Source of the DNA: Callorhinchus milii | Taxonomy: Eukaryota | Assembly: GCF_018977255.1 (NCBI RefSeq) | Contig: NW_024704742.1 | Span: 57,352,001 to 57,416,000, forward strand | Direction of reading: 5' to 3' | DNA length: 64,000 nucleotides | Shown here: in pieces, positions 11,201 to 22,768 of the stretch | How the letters are laid out: the number at the start of each line of letters is the position of its first letter | How positions within the stretch are numbered: the first letter of the stretch is position 1 | Made by a program: the position numbers and the translations under genes | The notes under the pieces: model-generated | The model's input: the letters and a program-made list of their open reading frames with translations, nothing else | What the model was told of the DNA's origin: nothing | Database searches by the model: none

Positions 11201-13419
11201 GTGCCTGAGCCCTGCCCGTTGCCAATGGAGGAGCAGTGTCTGCTCCCTGCCCCAGTTGCCAGTGGAGTAGCAGTGCCTGAGCCCTGCCCCAGTTGCCAGT
11301 GGCTGAACAGTGCCTGAGCCCTGCCCTAGTTGCCAGTGGAGGAGCAGTGTCTGAGCCATGCCCCAGTTACCAGTGGAGGAGCAGCACCTGAGCCCTGACC
11401 CAGTTGAAAGTGGAGGAGCAGCGCCTGAGCACTGCCCCAGTTACCAGTTGAGGAGCAGTGCCTGAGCCCTGACCCAGTTGCCAGTGGCGGAACAGTGCCT
11501 GAGCCCTGCCCCAGTTGCCAGTGGAGGAGCAGTGTCTGAGCTCTGTCCCAGTTGCCAGTCGAGGAGCAGTGTCTGAGCCCTGTCCCAGTTGCCAGTGAAG
11601 GAGTAGTCTCTGAGGCCTACCCAGTTGCCAGTGGAGGAGTAGTGTCTGAGCCCAGACCCAGTTGCCAGTGGAGGAGCAGTGTCTGAGCCCTGACCCAGTT
11701 GCCAGTGGAGGAGCAGCACCTGAGCCCTGACCCAGTTGCAAGTGGAGGAGCAGCGCCTGAGCACTGCCCCAGTTACCAGTTGAGGAGCAGTGCCTGAGCC
11801 CTGCCTCAGTTGCCAGTGGCTGAACGGTGGCTGAGCCCTGACCCAGTTGCCATTGGGGGAGAAGTGTCTGAGCCCTGAACCAGTTGCCAGTGGAGGAGCA
11901 GTGTCTGAGCTCTGTCCCAGTTGCCAGTCGAGGAGTAGTCTCTGAGGCCTACCCAGTTGCCAGTGGAGGAGTAGTGTCTGAGCCCAGACCCAGTTGCCAG
12001 TGCAGGAGCAGTGTCTGAGCCCTGCCCCTGTTGCCAGTGGAGGAGCAGTGCCTGAGCCCTGCCCGTTGCCAATGGAGGAGCAGTGTCTGCTCCCTGCCCT
12101 AGTTGCCAGTGGAGGAGCAGTGTCTGAGCCATGCCCCAGTTGCCAGTGGAGGAGCAGCACCTGAGCCCTGACCCAGTTGCAAGTGGAGGAGCAGCGACAG
12201 AGCACTGCCCCAGTTACCAGTTGAGGAGCAGTGCCTGAGCCCTGACCCAGTTGCCTGTGGAGGAGCAGCGCCTGAGCCCTGCCCCAGTTACCAGTTGAGG
12301 AGCAGTGCCTGAGCCCTGCCCCAGTTGCCTGTGGAGGAGCAGTGCCTGAGCCCTGACCCAGTTGCCAGTACAGGAGCAGTGCCTGAGCCGTGACCGAGTT
12401 GCCAGTGAAGGAGCAGTCTCTGAGCCCTGACCCAGTTGGCAGTGGAGGAGCAGTGTCTAAGCCCTGTCCCAGTTGCCATTGGGGGAGAAGTGTCTGAGCC
12501 CTGAACCAGTTGCCAGTGGAGGAGCAGTGTCTGAGCCCTGTCCCAGTTTCCAGTGAAGGAGTAGTCTCTGAGCTCTGAACCAGTTGCCAGTGGAGGAGCA
12601 GTGCCTGAGCTCTGCCCCAGTTGCCAGTGGAGGAGCAGTGCCTGAGCTCTGCCCCAGTTGCCAGTGGAGGAGCAGCGCCTGAGCTCTGCCCCAGTTGCCA
12701 GTGAAGGAGTAGTCTCTGAGCCCTGAACCAGTTGCCAGTGGAGGAGCAGTGCCTGAGCTCTGCCCCAGTTGCCAGTGGAGGAGCAGTGCCTGAGCTCTGC
12801 CCCAGTTGCCAGTGGAGGAGCAGCGCCTGAGCTCTGCCCCAGTTGCCAGTGAAGGAGTAGTCTCTGAGCCCTGAACCAGTTGCCAGTGGAGGAGCAGTGC
12901 CTGAGCTCTGCCCCAGTTGCCAGTGGAGGGGCAGTGCCTGAGCTCTGCCCCAGTTGCCAGTGGAGGAGCAGCGCCTGAGCTCTGCCCCAGTTGCCAGTGA
13001 AGGAGTAGTCTCTGAGCCCTGAACCAGTTGCCAGTGGAGGAGCAGCGCCTGAGCTCTGCCCCAGTTGCCAGTGAAGGAGTAGTCTCTGAGCCCTGAACCA
13101 GTTGCCAGTGGAGGAGCAGTGCCTGAGCTCTGCCCCAGTTGCCAGTGGAGGATCAGTGCCTGAGCTCTGCCCCAGTTGCCAGTGGAGGAGCAGTGCCTGA
13201 GCTCTGCCCCAGTTGCCAGTGGAGGAGCAGCGCCTGAGCACTGCCCCAGTTACCAGTGGAGGAGCAGCGCCTGAGCCCTGCCCCAGTTGCCAGTGGAGGA
13301 GCAGTGCCTGAGCCCTGACGTACGGGGAAGTGAAAACTGAAAATGAATTTCCGAGAAGGGATGTGACTGATCGTCGGACCAATGGAAGTCAGTGGAGGAC
13401 TTCCGCAGTCTCCGGCAGA

Positions 13420-13630
13420 GACCGCCCCGGAGAGAGAGTTGCAAATTCTTAGGAACAAACACGAAAACAAATCGGGGGATTTTGCAGCTTCTTTTACTTT
13501 CGATCTAATTCCGCAGTTGGCAGTGCGGGACCTGCTTTGCCTCCGGAGGATTTCCAACCCGACTGTCGGGCTGTCAGCGCTCTCACTGAAAACGGGGGTC
13601 GTTTTATCTTTGGAAGTGACTGATCTCGAG
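13420..13630 (+). other. IRF2: Putative non-coding exon 1 of IRF2 (start approximate)
   Basis: ATG-free stretch downstream of the IRF-E/GAS/CCAAT sites ending at GAG|GTAACT (GT at 13631). Alternative donor GAA|GTAAGT at 13705. IRF2 orthologs have a non-coding exon 1 and a long intron 1. Confidence 0.5.
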
Positions 13631-14180
13631 GTAACTACCAGGTTTTTTTTTGTGTGTGTGTGTGTGGGGGGTTTCTGAGCGATGCCAATGCATTGAAACA
13701 GGAAGTAAGTTGTTTTTTTCTTTTGCAAAAAAAAATAAGAAAAAAACATGTAAGGTATTGGACATGTCGGGATTTCGTTACCATTTCTTGAGCCGCTTCC
13801 AGAGAAGCGGAGGAAAGTTTGCAACTTTTGCGGGTAGAATTGCAGTTTTAGTTTCGTTTTAGCGCACGCATTTATTTGGGAGGGGAGGAGGGGGGGGAAT
13901 GGATCCAGAGGGTGGGTTTGACACTGATACCTGCGCTTTCCTGGTCGTAACAACTGCAAATAATGCACTTCCCGAGGGTCGTGGTCGTTGTTTGCAAAGT
14001 GACATTTGCACCGGGGGCAGTGCTTGATGTCCAAACGCATCACCACCGGCTCTGCTTTCGGGATCCGCGAGTGCCAGAAGTGAAGGGCTGAGGTTGACCT
14101 TTTACTGCATTTGGGATTAAAATATGGAGGAGCTCCATCACACTTTCGGTTTCTTCCTCCTGGTCCACACTTATAAACAA

Positions 14181-14215
14181 ACCACTCACACACTCACACA
14201 CACACACACACACAC
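14181..14215. repeat. (CA)n microsatellite
   Basis: Imperfect CA run. Confidence 0.9.
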
Positions 14216-14396
14216 GGGGCGTCCTTCACGCTGTGAATGCAGAGGTGTGACCCACTGAGAGGACCCCCAGAGCTGTGGACTGGTGTTGTTTGGGATAGTT
14301 TCGCTGTGTGGCCTCAGGGACTGTTTTACATTGGCAGCCGCTTGATTTCTGCACTAAAGTGTCACATGCCCCGGACACGCTGACAGCAGCGCTCGC

Positions 14397-14470
14397 TGCC
14401 CAGTGCCCAGTGCCCGGTGCCCAGTGGCCAGTGCCCAGTGCCCAGTGCCCGGTGCCCGGTGCCCAGTGCC
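14397..14470. repeat. 7-bp tandem repeat (TGCCCRG) x ~10
   Basis: tgcccag/tgcccgg units directly visible. Confidence 0.92.
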
Positions 14471-15409
14471 GGCCCCCGGTAGTCTGTCCCAGGCTTTGCG
14501 ATGACTGTACGGTTGATGTTCGGGGCAGTGGTTGTGCAGCACTGTTCCCGCCCCCTCCCCCCGGGGCTCACTTCCGCCTTGTGAGTGCTGCACTGTCCGA
14601 GAGGGCGGGCGGGCAGGCGGGTGTGATTGACAGGCCCGGCAGCCAATCAGGCGCCGCCAACCGGGGGTCACCCACGATTGGCAGCTCCAGCCACCAATCC
14701 GGGTTTCGGCGGCCGGATGACTGACAGCTCAGCTGGCCAATCACAGGGCGAGTCGGTGGTGTACAGTAGCCCTGCGAAGCAGAGCGCGGTTACATAATCC
14801 CCGACTGTAATGTAGCAAACGTTTGCAACAGCCTGAGCCACATGAGAGGTCCCTGAGCTGGGGAGATGCTCATCTATTTATATTACTGCCGATAAATGCA
14901 ATTTATCTTAGTTCATCCCGGATTAGACACACTGTGTATCTTCACACTGTTTTAACAAACAGAAAGCTCTGCCCTCCCCCCCCTTTCCCTTTTCACGTGT
15001 TGATCTTATTTTTCCACATAAAAACATAATTCTGCTGCATGTGCTCTCTGTAACAACATGTCTTAATTTGATACCGTATTTAAGGCCTCATGACCTGCTT
15101 GCACATTACTGTTTTGCATGAAGCATCCGTTTGATTGCAGTAATTAACATTGGGGGCTCAAGAAAAATGCAAACCCTGATGGAGTTTATTTCAGAAAGTG
15201 CGATCGGCTTTTAATAAAGATGTTACTTACAATTTTGAAATTAAAATGGCAGCATTTTGTATCTTGGCGTATTATTTTTATCCGTCAGGGATCTGATATG
15301 CACAGAAATCCCTCAGTGTCTGAAGTGGTTTGGAAATTGGCTTGATTCACAGGAAGTTTTAAATGGAACTGTATTGACATGGAAGGAAGCACTGTACAGT
15401 AACAAGTGA

Positions 15410-15680
15410 GGTGCCTCAGGGATTCAGTTTCAGCCAAGATGCTTTTTACATTGGACAGAATTTATTTGGAAGTGGAGAAAGAAACCAAGGTATTGTAGTT
15501 TGCAGATGACTCCAAATTGAAGGAGTTGCAAATTATAAGGAACAGAATGACCAAATACTGAGGATCTGGTTAGGTCAGGAAATTATACTATCAAATGGCC
15601 AAATGTTATTTAATGTAGATAAATATAGAGGGATGACATTAGGGAAGCAGAATAAACAATGCAAAAATAAATTAAATGAT
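15410..15680 (+). mobile_element. Degraded CR1-type LINE RT fragment
   Basis: gaggtgcctcagggattcag (VPQG-like start) and tttgcagatgactccaaattg (FADDSKL). Confidence 0.6.
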
Positions 15681-16149
15681 ATTAGTCACAGGACATGACA
15701 TTCTTTTTGTTCAGACAGGTGTCTACAACCTGCAGAAACACTTCACCGTGCTTAAGAGTATCCAAGCAAAGTTCCATGTATCTATACCAACCACACATGG
15801 AAATCTTACTGTATCTGGAATGAATGTGGATTTTCTCTCTGGATGAATGCAGCTGCTTACCTAATTCTGGAGAATATAAGTTGCAGGTTGGCGAGTGCCA
15901 AGGCTTGGGGAGTCCAGAGTGTGTGTTGAGGTACTGCTGGAGTCCAACCAGGTAAAACTGCATAGCTTGCCATTGAGAGCACTGCTTCTTGTCATCGTTG
16001 ACCATTAGGGCTTTGGTTTACTGAGTTAACAGGAGTTGAATGGGAAGAATCCTAAACTTCTGTGACCATTCTGCCCCTCCATGTTCTGCTGACAAAGCAG
16101 GCTGCTGGTCTGTCATCAGCAGTGCTTTGGTGTACAACAACAACTTAAA

Positions 16150-16212
16150 ATAATAATCCTTGCCCAACGTTTCGCCCTGCCGGGAATCAAACCTAGGTCT
16201 CTCGCTTGCATT
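16150..16212 (-). mobile_element. Internally deleted SINE fragment (tail fused to 3' half of tRNA head)
   Basis: taataatccttgc joined to ccaacgtttcgccctgccgggaatcaaacc...ctcgcttgc. Confidence 0.75.
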
Positions 16213-16651
16213 TATCTAGTGCCCTTCCATGGGGTGTAATTCTAGAGTATTAAACTGTGTACCCATCTGGTTCAGGAACTGAATTTAGCACGGCCATAAA
16301 GGATTAACTCCATTCTGACATTGCTAAGCACATCATGTTGGAGCCAGCTCAACTCTAGGGAGATCCCATTTGCTTAGGACATGACATTTGAGACAGATTT
16401 AAGAACACCAATAAATAGCTTGCTGAAACCAACAGCATTGTCTACAACAACAATGAAGAAAGTACAACAAAAAATTGCATTTGTATAGTGCCTTTCGTGC
16501 TGGAAAGAGTCTCAGGGGGCTTAAGTAGGATCTTGGGATGCAGGTTGCATTGGTATTAAACTTTTAAACTTTTGACATAGAGTACATTTCTAATTACTGC
16601 ATTACAGTAGGACATCTCATTATTGAAAACAGTGTAGCAAAGCAATCAGAT

Positions 16652-16826
16652 TAATAATAATAATAATCCTTGCATTTGAGATAGTGCTTTTCATGGCTTC
16701 TCGACCTCTCAAAGCACTTCACAGAATAGACTGTAAAGTGAATTGACCGTATATTTGTGGGTGAAACGCAGCAGCCAATTCTACACAGCAGTGTCCCTCA
16801 AACAGTGGTGGATTGAAAATGACCAC
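16652..16826 (-). mobile_element. 5'-truncated SINE (3' half)
   Basis: Matches the 3' half of the copy at 1974-2303. Confidence 0.85.
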
Positions 16827-16932
16827 TAGCTTGAAAAAGGACCTGAGTTATGAGAAGAGGCTGCAGAAACTGGGAATGATCACACTAAGCAAAAGATAGC
16901 TGAGAGGGGGAAAGTGTGAGAGGGGGAAGAGT

Positions 16933-17254
16933 AATAATAATAATAATAATCCTTGCATTTGATATAGCGCTTTTCACGTCGGGAGGACGTCCCAAAGCGC
17001 TTCACAGAACACACTGTAAAGTGAATTGACTGTATATTTGTGGGCGAATGCGGCAGCCAATTGCGCACAGCAATGTCCCACAAACAGTCGTAGATTGAAA
17101 ATGACCAATTTAATTATTGTTTTTGGTTTTTGGAGGGATTATTATTAGGCGTGTGGAGTAAGGAAACTTGCCCAAGGTTTCGCCCTGCCTGGAATTGAAC
17201 TCAGGTCTCTCACTTGCAAAGCGAGTGCTCTAAACACTGAGCTACAGGACTCCA
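16933..17254 (-). mobile_element. Full-length tRNA(Ala)-derived SINE, young short subfamily
   Basis: Nearly identical to 1974-2303; GAGT on both flanks. Confidence 0.93.
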
Positions 17255-17256
17255 GA

Positions 17257-17395
17257 GTGTGAGAGGTGGAGAGAGAGTATGTGAGGGAGAGGGGGGAGAA
17301 AGAAACAGAGAGAGAGAGGGATAGATTGAGAAAGGGTGGTGGAGAGAGAGAAAGAAGTAGAGTGAGAAAGAAGAGAGGGAAAGGAGAAGTGAGGG
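17257..17395. repeat. GA-rich low-complexity tract
   Basis: Purine-dominated sequence. Confidence 0.8.
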
Positions 17396-19850
17396 CAGTG
17401 TTTTGTGGTTCACTGTCAGGACAGACGATCGAAGCCTCCCTCGGCCACCAGGGTGGGGGGAACCGCGGTCGAACACTGAGTGCCGTGCAGTTTCCCCACG
17501 AAATGCTCCCTCTTTATTTAGTGAAAAATTCCTCTACGTCCTTCATTTCATCTCCCTCCCTACCCTACTGCTGCGACCTCCCAACCTGGCCATTCCCTTT
17601 GCAGAGCAAACACTGCCTTGCTCCATGTCCCCCACCCCTATCCGCTCCACCAACTGGAGTTTGATTCCTGGAGTCCCTCCGACTTGTTCACTCCCTCCAC
17701 TCTTTTAAGTCTCGTCAAGACCTAACTTTATGACTACGCTTTCGTTCACCTTTTCCCCTCCCCATCTCACCTCTCTCGGCTTCCACCCCCAGCTCAGTTG
17801 CCCAGCCGACAATGTCAAGATGCCCTTCCAACATGAAAAAACTGCTGTGTAAATGTTGTTATTTTTCTGGAAGCGAAACACAAAATATTGCTTACGCGGG
17901 CCATGGACCTTTCTCAAATAGGGAATCCAGCCCTCGCAGCCCAAAGGTTGGACCGCACTGCTATATGCCAACCATCTAGACTGCAAATCCTGGGTATAAA
18001 AATGGGTGTTTATGAACCTAAACTTCAGGCAATATTGTTAAAATAGACCCCAGTTTGTTTTAGTGACCATTCACCTTCTGTGTATTTAGCATCATCCCCA
18101 AATACTTCTCCAGGAATATTTTCCATAATAAGCATTAGGATGACAATTGGCATGATCGTTTATGATCTGCAACAGTGATCACATTGCAAACTCATTTAAA
18201 CTTAGAAGGGGTAAAATTCCACCTAGGATTAGATTTACTTATTAATATAGCATTTCAGAGTCCACAGAATTTGCCAAATTCGTAAATGCAGCCTTAATTT
18301 TGAAGGTGGTTTTCTTTTAAATTTTTTGATGTGAAATGATTTCTGCCTTGGTGCCATAAATGTATTAAATAATCCTTGCATTTGATATAGCATATTCACA
18401 TCAGGAGGTTGTCTCAAAGACTCACTGTAAAGTGTGGTGACTGTGTCTTTTGAGGCGAAGGTGCCTGCCAATTTGTGCACAGCAATGTCCCTCAAACAAC
18501 CATGAAGTGAATGCTTAGTGTTACTTGGGGGATTGTTGATCAGGATCCCGGGAAACACCTGTGGTGATATTAAAATTTTGAAACAATCTAGATTTGAAAA
18601 TGTAGGTCTTCTTATAAATGAATGAATATTATTTCCGAAGTAATCCAATACATTTGTGAAAGGAAGATAGCAAATTGCATTGTTGAAAATCCAGGACAGT
18701 CACAGTACTACTTCCACCCCTTTTGCATTTTTGCTGGTTACTAGTTATAAGTTACTTTTGGTTTCACAATCTTAAATTCTGCTTTCACGATTTATCACTT
18801 CCATTTTTCTCAGGAAGTATTACAGTTTATTCCTTATTAAACGTACATCATTTTTTTGTTCAGCCCTCAGTATGCTTATCTAATTTTGTTCTAGATTTCA
18901 ATAATGTCAGTGTTTATATGATCCAGACTGTTCAAAAAATATGCGTTTCATTTGCTAATCTACATCTTCCCTTCTAGGGCCTCTTGGAAACATGCATCCA
19001 ATGACTAAATGCAGGCACAATGCAAAATTTACTGTAAAATCCAGTGCACTTGCATAAAAGCTACAAACACAGTTTTTAAGCAAGCGAGATATTAAAATCT
19101 TTATGTTGCAATCCAGGGATACAGGTCATAAAATTTGCAATTCATAAGCTGTAATCTTTTATCAGTTATCTTTTAATCTTAATATTTGAGCAACAACTCC
19201 CCAGTAGAACTTGCTTTAATCTGGTGGTCTGGTCAATAATCAACAGAATGTAGCCAACTAAATTTAGTACATTAAATAACTAATTTAAGTCTGTAGATTC
19301 AGATCTGTGACCTTGTTAGGAAGCCAGTATTGTCCATTTGAATCGCTGGCTGCTCCTTTAATTTATTTTGTGTTGTATATCATATTTTTATGTAGAGTTT
19401 GCTGTATTTTTTAAATGCAAGTCCTTATTTAATTTCCTGTTGAACAATCCACAGATCTCATTTATCTCTTCCCACACACAAAATGATGAATTTATAGCTA
19501 TTACAGTTGTGCGTGCGTATAGGCTAATAGTATTTGTAGGCCATTTAAGAGGAGAGCAGGTCATATTGCCCATTGAGTTACAGTGTTAGCTCAACCTCTG
19601 GAATTAACCACTCTAGATTCTCAGCTCGTTCCCTGTACACCTTTGGTCTTGCTCTGTCTCCCTCCTTTTTCTAATGGAGGCACCCGGATTGCCATCTCCT
19701 CCTTTTCCCAATCTGATAGAAAGACTACCCTCCCCAGTTATGACGTCAGTTGTGCTCTCACCTGTCCTCGTAGTTGAATCCCATTTGAATTTAATGCAAA
19801 AGCCCATCAGTCAGTCAGTTTTACTTCAAGTCTTCCTATATTTTTACCCA

Positions 19851-20090
19851 TAATAATAATGTAATAATCCTTGAATTTGATATAGTGCTTTTCATGTCTT
19901 CTAGACGTCTCAAAGCGCTTCGTAGAATATACTGTAAAGTGAATTTACTGTATACTCGTGGGCGAAACGCAGCAGCCAATTGCGCACAGTAGTGTCCCAC
20001 AAACAGTCATGGATTGAGTGACCAAACTATTGCCTTTTTTTAAGGATTATTATCCATGGAAAAGCAATTCAACAATCGACTAACAATTAA
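19851..20090 (-). mobile_element. SINE, long subfamily, 5'-truncated
   Basis: Shared 3' body and (AAT)n tail. Confidence 0.85.
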
Positions 20091-20649
20091 GGCCATGTTT
20101 GCTTACAGCCTCAAGCATGTTGACAGTGTTACTTAACTATTAAATCCTTAATAGCTCAGTGAACTGGAATGTTTGGCCTAACTTATATTCCACATTATTT
20201 TGTACCGCTTTATTACAGACTTGCAATCACACCTTATGCAAACAAGCTGAATACAGTACATTGTATTGTTTTCGTGATTCACTAAAAAAATTCCACTTCT
20301 TTATTGGTCTTTATGGAGAAAATGGTGCTTATCGAGGTGAAAGTTGATAAGGTTGTTGTCAGTTTACCAACTTTTATGCCCATTGAATCTGGATGATGTT
20401 TTCTCTTTTCTCATCCAATTTATGAATGTGGATCTGTTGATTTTTATTGTCTTTGACTATTTTTAACCATGATAAAAATGACACTCGCTGACATCTGTTC
20501 TCCCTGTAAATTTAGAATTTTTACATGAAATCTTAATTCTTTGTCAGCTATCTCCATTTTTTTCAGATTAAAGAATGTCAGGTGATCCCACATTATAAAG
20601 CTCCTCTGTTTTAGCAATTTAAAAGCTGTAAGGGTTCCATAGGGCAACA

Positions 20650-21050
20650 AAAACTGGCATTTATATAGCGCGCCTCATGCAGGGTAGCATCCCAGAGCCT
20701 TGAGAGTGGTGGAGCACTACACCAAGCCGGGGGAAGGTGACTGTAAGCACGTTCGAAGTGGAATGTCTTCAGGCGCAATGTGAAGATGGGAAAGGAGGGG
20801 GCAAGGTGGCGGGATTGAGGGAGTGTTCCAAAGTTTCAGGAGGCAGTGTCTGAAAGCACACCTGCGGATGGTGGAACGGAAGGCGCGAGGTACAAGCAGA
20901 AGGCCGGAGCCAATCGAGCGGAGGCAACAGTTAGTGAGTTAGGGAGTAAGCAGGTCAGAGAGGTAGGGAGGATCCAGGGCATGAAGGGATTTGAAGATGA
21001 GTGTGAGGATCCTGAAATCAATCAGTTTGGTGATAGGGAGCCAGTGGACC
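20650..21050 (-). mobile_element. L2-type LINE 3' fragment
   Basis: gcatttatatagcgc tail; ORF2 C-terminal remnants. Confidence 0.65.
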
Positions 21051-22530
21051 CTGGCAATGTCTTTGTTTTGTAACAGTAAGAAAAAGCGCTTCTTGTCATC
21101 AGACTATATAAAAGGCTTTGAACGCTTATCATTGTATCGTTCTTCTTAAATGGTATTTAATGACTATTGCAACACTGTTGAGCATTTGTGTTTAACATCC
21201 CATCTCTTTAAGCCTGGCCTTTGTGGATAGTTTGTGCCAAACACAGAATACATTATGAAAGTGTACCACTTTATGTCACAATTCCTACATCCTTGAAATT
21301 TGTCTGCATCTCACTGCTGAGTCGAGACCACTTCCTCCTGTGAGAACATGAAGCTTACTTATGTTCTGACTCCATAGATGAGGATGTGGATGAATTATTT
21401 GTGCAGATATCCAGGGTAAAATGTTGCTTTGTTCAGAGTTTGCCTACATGTAGACTGAAGCATTATACGACAACGTTATTTTACAAACATTTAAGACATC
21501 ACTGAAAATTGTTTCCAATTTGTGAAAAAAAATGTGTCTGTTTTGAAGGAGATGTATCGAGAGTACATTGTTGACATGCTATTGCACAATATTATTGTAA
21601 TGGATCAAACAATCTTGTTGAAATTTTAGAAGTTGATTCATAACAAACTTTCCAGCATTACTGGAGTCAGTCAAAATCCTAGTGCCATAAAATGTTCAGA
21701 ATGGATCAGCCGTATTTCTACCCTCGACCCCACCCCCCCACTCCCCACCTACCTGGATTTCATCCCACAGCAAATGAGCAAATAGCAATATAAGATCTGG
21801 AAGGCCATTCTGCCATTCGAGCCTATTCAACCAGTTCACTAGATCTTAGCAGTTCTTTTAATTCTAATATTCCACCATTTCTTAATGCCTCAACTACCCA
21901 AGAATCTGTTAATTTTTCATTTTAAGTGACTCTGCCTCTCTGCAGGTGTCTGGGGCAGCACATTCCACCTTTACACAACATTTCTGTACCCATAGAAATG
22001 CTTTCTGATCTACGTTCTAACTGCCTTGTCTCTGATTTTAAGACTACGACCTTTGTAATCAATCTCTCTTCCAAGGGGAAAGACTCATCATTCTAACTTG
22101 CCAATTCCTTTTATTATTTTAAATCTTATTAAAATCTTATCTTATTTATTGTTGAGCTAACATATTTGTCCAATAATTCAGCATAAGCCAATTCGATTTC
22201 TCATAGTCTTAAAGAATTCTTATAACCTTTTCGCAACAATACACCAAACTATTTATTGACTTTTAGTTGTACATTATGTCAGTAGCCTTTAATACCTACA
22301 ACTGTTTCCGTAAATCTCAAGAGATTACATTTATCTATCACTGCATACTTCCTTTCTGGAAAGAAAGTATCTTTTTGTTTATATTTGTGAAGCTTGGCTT
22401 TCTGTACTGATAAGAACCAAGATATCCACTACTCAAGGCAATTAATTGTTTCTGATAGTAGCAAAACTGAAAGCAAACCTATTACAAAGCATTCCGTGGT
22501 TAGTACAGTAAAATGTGTTTGTTGTACATT

Positions 22531-22768
22531 TGTGGAGTCCTGTAGCTACTGGTTAGAGCACTCGTCTCGCAAGCGAGAGACCTGGGTTCTTTTCCTGGCA
22601 GGGTGAAATGTTGGGCAAGTTTCCTTAGTCCACAGGTCTCTGTTTACCTAGCAGTAAATAGGAACCCGATTGTTAGTCGATTGGCAGATTGTGAAGTGCT
22701 TTGAGACATCTAGAAGATGTGAAAAGCTCTATATCAAATGCAAGGATTATTGTTATATTATTATTACT
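22531..22768 (+). mobile_element. tRNA(Ala, CGC)-derived SINE with internal deletion
   Basis: gtggagtcctgtagc head; atatcaaatgcaaggattatt tail. Confidence 0.88.

Larger units (their letters stand above)
1..13320. repeat. 37-bp GC-rich minisatellite array (~350 units), consensus CCCAGTTGCCAGTGGAGGAGCAGTGYCTGAGCCCTGA; runs off the left edge of the window
   Basis: Directly visible periodicity. Minus-strand ORFs cycle a 37-aa motif (3 x 37 nt). Consensus is 23/37 GC with no CpG. Confidence 0.98.
13321..14800 (+). promoter_or_regulatory. IRF2: CpG island and IRF2 promoter region
   Basis: Abrupt CpG enrichment. GGAAGTGAAAACTGAAAATGAA (EICE/IRF-E, 13326-13347), TTCCGAGAA (GAS, 13349-13357), CCAAT 13379, ISRE CACTTTCGGTTTC 14141-14153, CCAAT/GC-box cluster 14560-14745. 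Confidence 0.75.

Noticed and set aside
1..13320. CRISPR-like array (37-bp period)
   Set aside because: Units are contiguous with no unique spacers; eukaryotic context; no cas genes.
1..13320. CTCF-like motif in the unit (CCAGTGGAGGAGCAG)
   Set aside because: Needs a mismatch at the core A plus a 1-bp indel relative to CCASYAGRKGGCRS; not supportable without a PWM scan or ChIP.
520..13382. Many long minus-strand ORFs (up to 389 aa)
   Set aside because: All three frames give the same 37-aa cycle because the unit is 37 nt and lacks stops; no frame preference or splice structure.
13153..14193. 346-aa minus-strand ORF across the CpG island
   Set aside because: No recognisable domain; reads through microsatellite, poly-A/T runs and satellite.
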